From Candidatus Heimdallarchaeota archaeon (lineage in GTDB: Archaea; Asgardarchaeota; Heimdallarchaeia; Heimdallarchaeales; Heimdallarchaeaceae): 64,000 bases of DNA. The translations under genes were made by a program, and so were the position numbers. Below, piece after piece: positions 38,217-47,645 of the stretch. The stretch spans positions 1 through 64,000 of the forward strand of contig DAOVET010000003.1 of the NCBI GenBank assembly GCA_030668825.1, in the 5' to 3' direction. Each line of letters opens with the position of its first letter. Positions within the stretch are counted from its first letter, which is position 1. Under the pieces are notes generated by a model. The model saw only the letters and a program-made list of their open reading frames with translations, did no database searches and was not told the origin of the DNA.

Positions 38217-39557
38217 TCACACTTCATTGCCCCTATCCTGAATTTCAATGACATCCAATTCCTTGCATTTAGCTTCTATACCTATAACCTCTGCTATGCT
38301 GGGTTTTGTTCGATTATTATCTCCTGAAATTAGTTCTTTAACATAACAACCACCATCACAGGTTATTATGGCTTCAATATGAGTCTCATTAATTCTTGAG
38401 CATTGAACAGAAAATGCTGTCTTTTTTCTTATAAGATCTGCTCTTCTATGAGAAACTCTCTGAGGTGTTCGTTGGTCTATGGGTCGGTTTTGAAAGAATT
38501 CTTCAATTTCTTTGATTTTCCTTTCAGAAATTGGTTCATTAAAGGCAATAAGAGCTTTGTACTTCTTTACTGTTCTTTCTGCACTGCTTTTTAAATCTCT
38601 CAACTCTTTTTTTGAAGACCATCTATATTCAGAAACATCGATTTTTCCTTTAACATATTGGTTTGTGTTTTTTTCAAGCTCACGCAAATCTATGGTTCGT
38701 ACCTTTGGCTCCACTATTTCGAGAACAAAAGGTCTTCCTGTACCCAACATCAAGGCATCTATATCCTCTCTTCCCGCCCCATGTAACACGCCTTTGTATC
38801 CATGTGTTAATTTAAGTGCTTCATATTCTGCAAGCTCCTCAACAGATTCCTGATGTTTTTTACCAGTATGATTGCACTCTACACATCCCCTCCCTTTACA
38901 TTTTCTACAAGGCCAACGTGTCTGAGGTAGAGTTCGGATATACTTTCGATATCGACCATAAATATACAAAGGTTTTAACTTGAGGGCTATAGAGTAGGTT
39001 AAAGGACTTATTTCGATGACAATTTCTGGGGACTGAAAATCGGTTTCTTTTGAAAGAAACTCCCCAATTTTTCCTCCTATCAAACGATTGAATTCTTGCT
39101 TTAAATATTCAGTTTGCACAACGTTGAATTCTTCTTTCAGATTTCTCTCTCTTTCAAAGAACTCCTTAGGTAGTGAAGTACCAATCAAGAAAGTTTGAAA
39201 TTCATAATCTCTAATTTCTGGTAAAATCCCTTGTATAATTTCTTCAGAATTTTCAGTCAGAGTATTCTGACAGATATAACACTCTTCTGAATTCTCTGTT
39301 TCAAAATTATTTCTTTTTAGAGTGTTTTTTGCTAATTTATTGTCTGCTCTTGACAAAGCTTGAAGCATTAAGACAGTATTGTCTGTAATATCAGTTGAAT
39401 AGAATAGAGTTAGAAAGTCCTTAATTGTTGAACCTCTATTCTTGTTTGTAGTTCCTGTTGACAAATTAGAGAATTGTCTCCCTAAACAAAAATCACACAA
39501 AGAATATGATTTTAGTATGTCTATAGCTTTTTTATGCAGAGTCATCCTATCTAACAC
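38217..39557 (-). CDS. pus10: tRNA pseudouridine(54/55) synthase Pus10
   Basis: LCDFCLGRQF, GRYRK..R..PQT.W, GAGREDID, QRTP.RV.HRR, G.YVKE. Confidence 0.95.
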   Translation of the reverse strand: MLDRMTLHKKAIDILKSYSLCDFCLGRQFSNLSTGTTNKNRGSTIKDFLTLFYSTDITDNTVLMLQALSRADNKLAKNTLKRNNFETENSEECYICQNTLTENSEEIIQGILPEIRDYEFQTFLIGTSLPKEFFERERNLKEEFNVVQTEYLKQEFNRLIGGKIGEFLSKETDFQSPEIVIEISPLTYSIALKLKPLYIYGRYRKYIRTLPQTRWPCRKCKGRGCVECNHTGKKHQESVEELAEYEALKLTHGYKGVLHGAGREDIDALMLGTGRPFVLEIVEPKVRTIDLRELEKNTNQYVKGKIDVSEYRWSSKKELRDLKSSAERTVKKYKALIAFNEPISERKIKEIEEFFQNRPIDQRTPQRVSHRRADLIRKKTAFSVQCSRINETHIEAIITCDGGCYVKELISGDNNRTKPSIAEVIGIEAKCKELDVIEIQDRGNEV

Positions 39558-40116
39558 TCCCCAAAAGATAATTGGTAATAATTACTTGTTCATCAACTAC
39601 TAGATGCTTTAAGAGCATTTTCTTTGAATTGATTGATAAAGGTAGTTTTTCGAAACCATAAGCAAAGACGTTGCTATGTTTAGTGATTTCTTGTGAAAAT
39701 TCTGTTTCTTTTTCACATGTTGAAATAACTTGAACTATCTTATCCTCTTTGTGCTTTTCAAAGATCCAATCGCTACTTTGCTCTAGAACTGAAATTCCTG
39801 GGGTGAGTTTTCCATCTCGAGAATTAGAATCTAGTATGTGATTTTTTGCTCGTAGTATTAGGTGTGCTGCTGAAAAGAAGCTAGGACCAAGATACCTTAA
39901 TTTGCTACCTTCGAAGGTAATTACATATGGCATTCCTTGGTAGCTTGTACAGTAATAAAGAACAAGATTCTTCCTAAATTGATTTGACAGAAAAAAAGAA
40001 TCTGCAACTGATTTGATGTAGGGTGCGGATTCTTCCAACTCTATATTTTTTTTATATAAATTGGATTTAATAAAAGATAAAGGAGGTGCGTTTAAGATGA
40101 AGAAAAGCTGAGACAT
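39547..40116 (-). CDS. Divergent TrmY-like (m1-psi54 SPOUT methyltransferase) protein
   Basis: FFLSNQFRKN, I.FEG..LRYL.P, TPGI.V; adjacent to pus10; SAM-knot motifs eroded. Confidence 0.65.
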   Translation of the reverse strand: MSQLFFILNAPPLSFIKSNLYKKNIELEESAPYIKSVADSFFLSNQFRKNLVLYYCTSYQGMPYVITFEGSKLRYLGPSFFSAAHLILRAKNHILDSNSRDGKLTPGISVLEQSSDWIFEKHKEDKIVQVISTCEKETEFSQEITKHSNVFAYGFEKLPLSINSKKMLLKHLVVDEQVIITNYLLGSVR

Positions 40117-40139
40117 ACGATTTCACATTTGGTGATTGT

Positions 40140-41483
40140 CTATTGCCCTAATAACCCAGGTGGTATTCCTGGTATTTGCATTCCTCCACGTCTTCCTTTA
40201 CGCATGCGTTTTACCAGATTGGTCATCATCTTGTGTTGGGCCATTAGTTCTCTAACTTCTGAAACAGGTCTCCCACTACCTTTAGCAATTCGTTGAACTC
40301 TAGAACTCCCTAATTTGGTTTTTCCATCTAGTTCTTCATCTGTCATTGAGGTCATAATGACTTTGAATCTTTTCATATTGTCCTTTGAAACATTGAGCAT
40401 ATCTTCATCTATAGTCATTCCTAATCCTGGAATCATTGAAAGCATTCTCTTCATCGAACCAGAGGAGCTGAAAGTGTCTAACAATTCCATCATTTGTCTA
40501 TAGGAGATTTTACCACTTAGCATACTCATTGCTTCCTCTTTTGAGGGAAGAGCCTCCATTTCTCGTACTTCTTTCAAAAGACCTTCTAAATCCCCTACTC
40601 CAATAAGCCTTCCTACAAACGAAGTTGGGTTGAATTCCTCCAAAGAATCAATATCTTCACCATCAGCAAGGAATTTAATTGGAACTTTAGCCGCTACTGC
40701 TGCAGAGAGACTTCCACCACCCTTAGCTGAACCATCCATCTTAGTTACAATAACTGAACCAACTTTGGTTACTTCTGCAAAGGCAGAAGCTTGATCATGA
40801 GCTGCTTGTCCGAGATTTCCATCTACAACGAGCATAATTTCATCTGGTTTTATTTTGTCAGTAAGCTCTTTCATTTCTTTAAGAAGAGCTTTTTCCTCTT
40901 TGTGACGTCCAGCTGTATCAATAATGATAGTGTTATACTTTTCATCAAAAAACTTCTTAATACCATCTACTGCAATTTTGACAGTATTTTTGTTTTCAGG
41001 ATCACCATAAACAGGTATTTTAATACTTGAGCAAAGTTGTTGCAATTGTTCATAGGCACCCGGTCTAAAATTATCGACAGTTACAACTGCAACCTTTTTA
41101 CCTCTTTTTTGAATGTATTTAGCTAGTTTTGCTGCTGTGGTTGTTTTTCCAGATCCTTGAATCCCTACCAACAGTATTAGTGTTGGTCTGTCTGGATGTA
41201 ATGTAAGGGGGTAAACCTTTGTTCCTAGAAACTTAGAAAGCTCATCATGTATGATTGACAAAACACTTTTTTTACGAGATAAACCATCCGGAAGTCCCTT
41301 ATCCATAGATTTACGTTCAACTTCATTAACTACCTCTGCAGCTAAATCAAATTGAACATCAGCTTCTAATAAAGCTTTTAACATTGCATTCTTTAATTCA
41401 CGAATTTGCTCTTTATCTGGAGGACCACCTCTAAGAATCTTAGAAATTGCGGTGTTAAGAGCAGATCCTAGTTTACCTAACAT
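40140..41483 (-). CDS. srp54: Signal recognition particle protein SRP54
   Basis: GIQGSGKTT, DTAGRH, TKMDG, M domain SMT.EE, R..RIAKGSG. Confidence 0.97.
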   Translation of the reverse strand: MLGKLGSALNTAISKILRGGPPDKEQIRELKNAMLKALLEADVQFDLAAEVVNEVERKSMDKGLPDGLSRKKSVLSIIHDELSKFLGTKVYPLTLHPDRPTLILLVGIQGSGKTTTAAKLAKYIQKRGKKVAVVTVDNFRPGAYEQLQQLCSSIKIPVYGDPENKNTVKIAVDGIKKFFDEKYNTIIIDTAGRHKEEKALLKEMKELTDKIKPDEIMLVVDGNLGQAAHDQASAFAEVTKVGSVIVTKMDGSAKGGGSLSAAVAAKVPIKFLADGEDIDSLEEFNPTSFVGRLIGVGDLEGLLKEVREMEALPSKEEAMSMLSGKISYRQMMELLDTFSSSGSMKRMLSMIPGLGMTIDEDMLNVSKDNMKRFKVIMTSMTDEELDGKTKLGSSRVQRIAKGSGRPVSEVRELMAQHKMMTNLVKRMRKGRRGGMQIPGIPPGLLGQ

Positions 41484-41561
41484 GGATTATCATTTGAAGA
41501 ATGCAAAAGAGATTAAAGAATATTTTGTTTTGAGGGAAAAGAAAAAAAGGAGTGATAGGAA

Positions 41562-42461
41562 CTAAAGTTTTAGTTCTTCAGGTTTGATTCGGGTGGGTTC
41601 TTTATTTAGTTTTACTCTGCGTTTAACTTTGAGAGAATTAACGAAGTAAACTTTTCCACCAACTTCTGAACGACGACCAATAAAGACATCGTATCCTTTT
41701 ACGTCACCAGTAACTAATGTGGCTCTAATATCAACGTTATTTTTTGCAAATAAGTTGCCACCAACTTTGTATGGGTGTTTGACACTGCTACCGATTCTTA
41801 GACTTAACCATCTTTTCCATCCTTTCAAACCTAGAGTTACATTTTCTCCTACTAAGTTTCCTTTAACATTAGCTGCTCCCTCTACTGTAACATCTTTTTT
41901 TGATAGGAGATTTCCACCTACTCCTATGGATCCTGAAGATTTTATTCCATTATTTGTTTGTAGATTTCCACCTACTTTGAAAGAACCAGATGATTTTGTG
42001 AAACCCTGTACAGTAGTTTCTCCATCAATCCTTGCTGAACCTGAAAATTTAGCATCACTGCTACCAATGAAATCTCCACCAACCTTGAAAGATCCAGAAG
42101 ATTTAACTGGACCTAATATGTTAACATCTTGACCAATTTTTGCAGAGCCACTAAACCTAGCAGAAGATTCACTCACAAGTCCTCCAGATATACCAAAGGA
42201 TCCAGAACTTCTAACTGTACCCAAAGAAGTTAAATTTCCTTCACCCTTTAATGATCCTAAGGATCTTATTCCATTACATTTGAAATCTCCACCAAGTTTT
42301 CCTGAACCTGAAATTTTGATAAATTTAGGAATAATTCCACTGGATATACTTGATGACCCAGAGATTTTAACTAAATCTTCTGTTTCCTTTAAACTCCCAG
42401 CAGAGCTGATTGTAGCTCTCTGTTCGACATTTTCATTTGTTTCTTTAATTGTTTTTTCCAT
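41562..42461 (-). CDS. Bactofilin-like (polymer-forming) beta-helix protein
   Basis: About 17-18-aa repeats SGS(F/A)K(V/I).G; start refined to ATG 42461 behind GGTGA. Confidence 0.75.
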   Translation of the reverse strand: MEKTIKETNENVEQRATISSAGSLKETEDLVKISGSSSISSGIIPKFIKISGSGKLGGDFKCNGIRSLGSLKGEGNLTSLGTVRSSGSFGISGGLVSESSARFSGSAKIGQDVNILGPVKSSGSFKVGGDFIGSSDAKFSGSARIDGETTVQGFTKSSGSFKVGGNLQTNNGIKSSGSIGVGGNLLSKKDVTVEGAANVKGNLVGENVTLGLKGWKRWLSLRIGSSVKHPYKVGGNLFAKNNVDIRATLVTGDVKGYDVFIGRRSEVGGKVYFVNSLKVKRRVKLNKEPTRIKPEELKL

Positions 42462-42490
42462 TATTTTCACCTTTATATTTCATTAGTTAA

Positions 42491-43387
42491 TTATAATCTT
42501 AGTTTTTCATGGCTTATTTTTACTGGTTCATTAGCCAAATCAGCTCTCTTGTCAACATCTATGTAATCGACATAGAAAACAATACCTTCTACTTTGGTAT
42601 ATGGTCCGATTTCTACTTTGAGACCTTTAACATCGCCTTCTACAGTAGTGTTGGCTAAATATACTTCACCAGTACCTAAAACATGCCCTTCAACTATTGA
42701 TTTTTTGAGACTTCTAAATCTTAGACTAAGGAAATCCTTCCCCTTATTGATAAGAATATCATCACCTACCACGTCTCCTTCTACTAAAATTCGTCCAGCT
42801 ACTTCAACAATTCCTTGAGATAATAGATTACCTTCAATTCTAGCAGAACCTGAGAATTTTGCGCCGTTTTCAGCTTGTAAAATTCCTCCAGTAGCAAAAC
42901 TACCAGCAGCTACAATTCTGCCTTTGAGAATAGTTTCTAGGCCTATTTTTGCTGAACCTGCGAATTTTGCATCTTGATCTCCATGTACGAAACCTGCGCA
43001 CTTAAAAGATCCAGCAGTATTGATGTCTCCATGGGCAATAATGTTCCCATTACTCTTTAGAGAACCAGCGGATTTCAAGTTGTTACATTCCACATCATTA
43101 TCAATTTTTCCAGAACCTGCGATGCGAATATCCTTTCCAATATGACCTCCAGAGATTTTAGTTGATCCCGCAACTGAAAGAGATTTATCAGTTGATACCT
43201 TAACTCCTGAAGTATAAATCTGAGAAGCTTCTTTGTGTTGTTCATAATTTTCTTTAGCATCATCAAGCTTTTGGAGATAACGTTCTTTTAATTCGACATA
43301 GTTTTGTTTATCGATTTCTCCTTTGTCAAACCTCTTTTCCAAGAGTTCTAATAATTCCTCATACATTTTGACTTCGTTTTTAGTCAA
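42491..43387 (-). CDS. Bactofilin-like beta-helix protein with N-terminal SHOCT-like helix pair
   Basis: RFDKGEIDKQNYVELKERY; repeats AGS.KI.G; VEGDVKG..V.IG....VEG. Confidence 0.75.
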   Translation of the reverse strand: MTKNEVKMYEELLELLEKRFDKGEIDKQNYVELKERYLQKLDDAKENYEQHKEASQIYTSGVKVSTDKSLSVAGSTKISGGHIGKDIRIAGSGKIDNDVECNNLKSAGSLKSNGNIIAHGDINTAGSFKCAGFVHGDQDAKFAGSAKIGLETILKGRIVAAGSFATGGILQAENGAKFSGSARIEGNLLSQGIVEVAGRILVEGDVVGDDILINKGKDFLSLRFRSLKKSIVEGHVLGTGEVYLANTTVEGDVKGLKVEIGPYTKVEGIVFYVDYIDVDKRADLANEPVKISHEKLRL

Positions 43388-43554
43388 TTATATCACCATG
43401 ATACCAGTAACCTCACTTTATTTAATCATTTTTTTAATTGCTTAGAACAAGTGCTTAATCGCTTGGTTAAACGATTTTAATAACAAGGTAAAGAGAATAA
43501 ACCAAATAGCTTAAGGTTAAACCAACCAGTGAAAAAACTTCTAGAAGGTAAAAA

Positions 43555-43684
43555 TGGTGCGGGGAGGGAGATTCGAACTCCCGAACTACTAAAGAACGGA
43601 TGGCTCATCTGACTTCTAACCCTTATCTTAGGTTTAAAACCAAGATCTTAAGTCCGCCGCCGTTGGCCACTTGGCTATCCCCGC
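43555..43684 (-). tRNA. tRNA-Leu(TAA) with 45-nt intron (43602-43646) at 37/38, CCA encoded
   Basis: Reverse complement GCGGGGA...GCGGA-CTTAAG[intron]A-TCCGT; BHB central helix CTTA/TGAG; TTCGAAT; TCCCCGC-ACCA. Confidence 0.93.
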
Positions 43685-43768
43685 AAACAAAGTCTTAATG
43701 TTTAACTACTATAATGAATTTCATTCTTTTTTTAAGATTTTTCATCTTGATTTGAAATTGATTGAAGA

Positions 43769-45082
43769 TTATGGATGGAGTCTTGTTGGATCTCTTGGTA
43801 GTAATCTCGCTTCTCTAATATTAGGTAAATCAAGGATCTTTTGCACAAATCTTTCAATTCCTGTTCCACTTCCTCCGTGTGGAGGTGCTCCATTTCTAAA
43901 GAATTGCAGATAACTGTCAACCTCTTCAAGCTTGAAATCCTTTTCAACAGCTTGCTTGGCTAAAATATCTACTCTGTGTTCTCTTTGCCCTCCAGTGGTT
44001 AATTCTTGTCCTTTGAATAAGAGATCAAAAGATTTAGTCAATCTTGGATCTTCATCATCCTTCATAGTATAAAATGGTCTAATTTTCCAAGGATATTGGT
44101 CTACGAATACAAAGTCTGAGTTCCATTTCTCTTTTGCGTACTTACCAATAATTCCCTCTGCTTCAGCGTCTAAATCTTCATAGAGGTCTAGTTTTTTACC
44201 TTCATCTGCTAAAATATCATTACATTCGGGAATTGTGATTATTGGCCATTCTTTGGGTTGATCATCGATTTGAACCCCCAATACTTCAAGAGAATTAGCT
44301 CTAGATGTTTTTATTGTATCAAGAGCAAAACCAATTGCGCCTTGTATAACTTTCATGACATCTTTTTGATCATTAATGTATGAAATCTCAAAATCTATAG
44401 AAGTATATTCGCATAAATGACGATTAGTGTGGTGTTTCTCAGCTCGAAAAACAGGACCTATTTCAAAAACTCTCTCAAATCCTGCCATTAACATCATTTG
44501 TTTATAGAATTGAGGGGATTGTGCTAAGTATGCTTTTTTATCAAAATAATTTATTTCAAAAACATTGGCACCACTTTCTGTTGCTGAACCAACAATTTTA
44601 GCTGAAAAGAACTGTAAGAAGTCGTTATCTCTAAAATATTGTTGAATTGCATAAGCAGCAGTACTCTCAATTTCGAAAATGTGAGCAACCTTTCTATCTC
44701 TTAAATCTAGAAACCTATAGTCGTATCTTTTATCAGGATTTGTTTCAATCTTATCACCAACTGAAATCGGATATTCTTGAGTTCTTTTATTGATAATTTC
44801 AATCTCAGACGGAAGGACTTCTTTTCCATTTGGGGCACTTTCATTGGTTACGACATCTCCAGTAACTGCAATTATATCCCCTTCTTGAAAATCTAAAGCA
44901 AATATCTCTTCAGATACTTTCTTTTTGGGTAAAACTATTTGCACAATCCCTGTTCTATCTTGTAATTGAATAAATCGTAATCCACCAAGATTGCGAACTT
45001 GTTGGACCCATCCCGCAATCGATATCTTTACATCTGTTGTAGAAAAAACCTTCTCAATAGGATTTCTTTGACTAAAGTCCAT
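43769..45082 (-). CDS. aspS: Aspartate-tRNA ligase, archaeal type, probably non-discriminating (Asp/Asn)
   Basis: LAQSPQFYKQ, FRAE...RH..E, GAPPHGG.G.G.ER; Pro in the anticodon-binding loop (SAPNG). Confidence 0.95.
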   Translation of the reverse strand: MDFSQRNPIEKVFSTTDVKISIAGWVQQVRNLGGLRFIQLQDRTGIVQIVLPKKKVSEEIFALDFQEGDIIAVTGDVVTNESAPNGKEVLPSEIEIINKRTQEYPISVGDKIETNPDKRYDYRFLDLRDRKVAHIFEIESTAAYAIQQYFRDNDFLQFFSAKIVGSATESGANVFEINYFDKKAYLAQSPQFYKQMMLMAGFERVFEIGPVFRAEKHHTNRHLCEYTSIDFEISYINDQKDVMKVIQGAIGFALDTIKTSRANSLEVLGVQIDDQPKEWPIITIPECNDILADEGKKLDLYEDLDAEAEGIIGKYAKEKWNSDFVFVDQYPWKIRPFYTMKDDEDPRLTKSFDLLFKGQELTTGGQREHRVDILAKQAVEKDFKLEEVDSYLQFFRNGAPPHGGSGTGIERFVQKILDLPNIREARLLPRDPTRLHP

Positions 45083-45226
45083 GTTACAGTCCTCAGTTTA
45101 TTTGTTGCACCTTTGAGAGTTTATTAAAAAAGATTCTCTTCTTTGTTGTATAAAAACGTGAGAAAAAAGACTTTCTGAGAAAAAACGTTATTTAGCTATT
45201 GTCCTAATAACTTTGTAGCGATACTA

Positions 45227-45916
45227 ATGAAGAAGATTGTACTAAAGTTTGGCGGTTCTGTTTTATATAAAGAAGAAATGGTTCTAAATGTTGAGAGAAT
45301 AAAGGAAATTGTTGATACCATTAACACCCTTCATGATACAGGGCATAAAGTTGCTGTAGTTGTTGGAGGAGGAAAATTAGCTAGAGTTATCATTCAAGCA
45401 AGCGATGTCCTTGGGCATGTATCTACTTTCAAAGACATTCTTGCAGTAGAATCAACTCGAATTCATGCTTTACTAGTAATTGCTTCGCTCCAAAATAAAG
45501 CATATTTGCTTGTTCCTCGTTCATTCGAAGAAATTGGCAAAGCACTCTCGACTGGAAGGATTGTTGTTACTGGAGGTCTTCAACCGGGGCAATCTACAAA
45601 TGCTGTTGCAGCTCTTGTAGCAGAATATTGGGGTGCTGATTTACTGATAAATTTGACAAATGTAGACAAAGTCTATGATAAAGATCCCAACCTGTATAAA
45701 GATGCTAAACCTTTAGATGAGCTTTCAGCTGATGAACTGTTAGAGATTATATCAAAACAAGATGAAGAACCAGGAAAATATGCCCTCTTTGACAGAGTAG
45801 GATGTGAAATAGTGAAAAGATCCAATTTAAGACTAATATTTACAAATGGTTCTGATCCTAAGAACATTTTGAGAATTGTTGATGGAGAAAATATTGGAAC
45901 TGTGGTTAATGGATAA
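45227..45916 (+). CDS. pyrH: UMP kinase
   Basis: VLKFGGS, VVGGG..AR, GG.QPGQST.AVAA, TNVD.VY..DP. Confidence 0.95.
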   Translation: MKKIVLKFGGSVLYKEEMVLNVERIKEIVDTINTLHDTGHKVAVVVGGGKLARVIIQASDVLGHVSTFKDILAVESTRIHALLVIASLQNKAYLLVPRSFEEIGKALSTGRIVVTGGLQPGQSTNAVAALVAEYWGADLLINLTNVDKVYDKDPNLYKDAKPLDELSADELLEIISKQDEEPGKYALFDRVGCEIVKRSNLRLIFTNGSDPKNILRIVDGENIGTVVNG

Positions 45917-45935
45917 GTCTTTCTTTTTTTTCTTT
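45917..45935. terminator. Oligo-T tract between convergent pyrH and aRF1
   Basis: GTCTTTCTTTTTTTTCTTT right after the pyrH stop; typical archaeal U-rich terminator. Confidence 0.45.
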
Positions 45936-47207
45936 CTAATAACTATCATATGTTTTGTATCGGAGAATTGCTGCTATCCCACCAAATGCATTGTATAACA
46001 TAGCCCCATCCTCATGATCAGATGAAATGACCTCTAGAGTGGCACCAGTATTCTCGGCTTTTTCATTCAATTCAGTGATTAAATCACTTTCACTTTCAAT
46101 ATACAATTTGGAATTTCCGCAATCAGGACATTTTTTATCAGATAATTTTTTTACGAAATCATTGTAATCTTTGCTTTTTACCGACTCAATGGTTGAGTAA
46201 TCACACCCATCACATTTAATTTCCATATTAACTCTATCTACATCCTCACTTACTAAAACAATATCAACAGCTGCTTTTTCTAATGCTTCCAAAACTTCCT
46301 TTTCTCCATAAGTAACTAGTCCTGTATCCTTTCCCAAATGTTCCATGAATTTTTGTGTGAGTTTGCGCTCCTTAACTAACTCAAAATCAGACAATTTATC
46401 TGCAGCTTTATCTAGAAGTTCTCGAATCCCAACTGAACCCAAATATCCTATATCATAGATTCCTATGACTTTTTCAAGCAATCGATAATCAATTTCCTTA
46501 CTTTCCAAAAATTCTGCTTTTGATAAAGCTGGACCACCAACAACTATTGCTTCAACAGGATAATCTTCAAGATAAACAGTATTCATAATATCTGCAACTT
46601 TGCCATACCATCTTTGAGCCGCTTCTTCAGTTAATCTTTGAAAACGAGCTTGAGACTGACCACCCATTTTATGTTTACCAGGAACATTAGATTCTTCTTC
46701 ACGAATTATATCTAATCGGGAGCCTTGAACAGTTGCTAGTGTTGCTCCTCCTCGAGCAATTAATGCTAACCCATACCTTTGTTTGCTTTCTAACATCTCT
46801 TTAAGATGATCAATATGAAATACATAATCACAGAGATAGAGCTTAATTCCTACAGGATCTGGAGGGCTAATTAGGAAAAATTCCACCTTATTGTTTTGAG
46901 TAATTCCACAGAAGATAACAAGACCATTCTCTCCAGAACTAGGAATAGTTTTTATCCTAGACATGATAGAGGAAAGCGCAGATTGGACAGCCTTTCCAGT
47001 GCTTTTGTCTTTGATATTTGTTGCAGTACCATATTCATCACGCAACTGGGAGTTAATATCAGATAACCTAGTGTTGGGGGGGATGTACAATGTAACCAAA
47101 CTTGTAGACATGTTAAAACTTTTCTTAGTTTCTAGCTTTTCTATCTCATGTTTTAACATATAGCGTTCTACTGACGATCTTTTCTTTTCTTCTTGTTGTT
47201 TTGTCAT
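45936..47207 (-). CDS. prf1: Peptide chain release factor aRF1
   Basis: NIK(D), YLCD..F, KH..GGQSQARF, YGEKEV, Zn ribbon, FGGIAAILRY. Confidence 0.97.
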   Translation of the reverse strand: MTKQQEEKKRSSVERYMLKHEIEKLETKKSFNMSTSLVTLYIPPNTRLSDINSQLRDEYGTATNIKDKSTGKAVQSALSSIMSRIKTIPSSGENGLVIFCGITQNNKVEFFLISPPDPVGIKLYLCDYVFHIDHLKEMLESKQRYGLALIARGGATLATVQGSRLDIIREEESNVPGKHKMGGQSQARFQRLTEEAAQRWYGKVADIMNTVYLEDYPVEAIVVGGPALSKAEFLESKEIDYRLLEKVIGIYDIGYLGSVGIRELLDKAADKLSDFELVKERKLTQKFMEHLGKDTGLVTYGEKEVLEALEKAAVDIVLVSEDVDRVNMEIKCDGCDYSTIESVKSKDYNDFVKKLSDKKCPDCGNSKLYIESESDLITELNEKAENTGATLEVISSDHEDGAMLYNAFGGIAAILRYKTYDSY

Positions 47208-47373
47208 GGTATCTCCTCGGGATAAGGTAAACTAAAGAACTATGCTTCAGTATAGCACTTTAGACAAAATTTCAAGATTTGTTATTATCTTTTTGGTTAT
47301 GAGTCTTTAGAAATGATGAGAAATAATAGGGAAATATTTTTAGAAAGAACAAATAGTTAACATTCTGATAGTA

Positions 47374-47628
47374 ATGGTAGAGAAACAACAGATAGAAATT
47401 GACTTATTAGATATTTTTGTTTCACTAAACAAGGGTTTAAATCTCTCAGATGTGATGTTCCAGCTAAATAACCTTTATGCTCCAAGAGGAGAGAAAGTGG
47501 AACAAGCTGTTCTCATTGAAGTGTTAAATTCATTAACAGAAAAAGATTATTTAAAGAATTTTCAGGTGGGAGCATTAGATAGTTGGAAAATCACTGATGA
47601 AGGAGAAGATTATTTCTATAGTCTCTAA
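47374..47628 (+). CDS. Small winged-helix protein
   Basis: L..L..L.EKDYL......WKITDEGEDY wing motif. Confidence 0.6.
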   Translation: MVEKQQIEIDLLDIFVSLNKGLNLSDVMFQLNNLYAPRGEKVEQAVLIEVLNSLTEKDYLKNFQVGALDSWKITDEGEDYFYSL

Positions 47629-47645
47629 TTGTAATTAAGTAAGAG

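Noticed and set aside
43555-43585. 31-bp sequence identical to 8680-8710, a possible att direct repeat flanking a 35-kb island
   Set aside because: Both copies belong to complete tRNA-Leu genes, the intervening DNA is core genes, and there is no integrase.
47313-47368. ATGATGA...CTGA spaced like a C/D box sRNA
   Set aside because: No internal D'/C' boxes, the would-be guides are almost pure A/T with no evident rRNA/tRNA complement, and the region is more simply the promoter of 47374.
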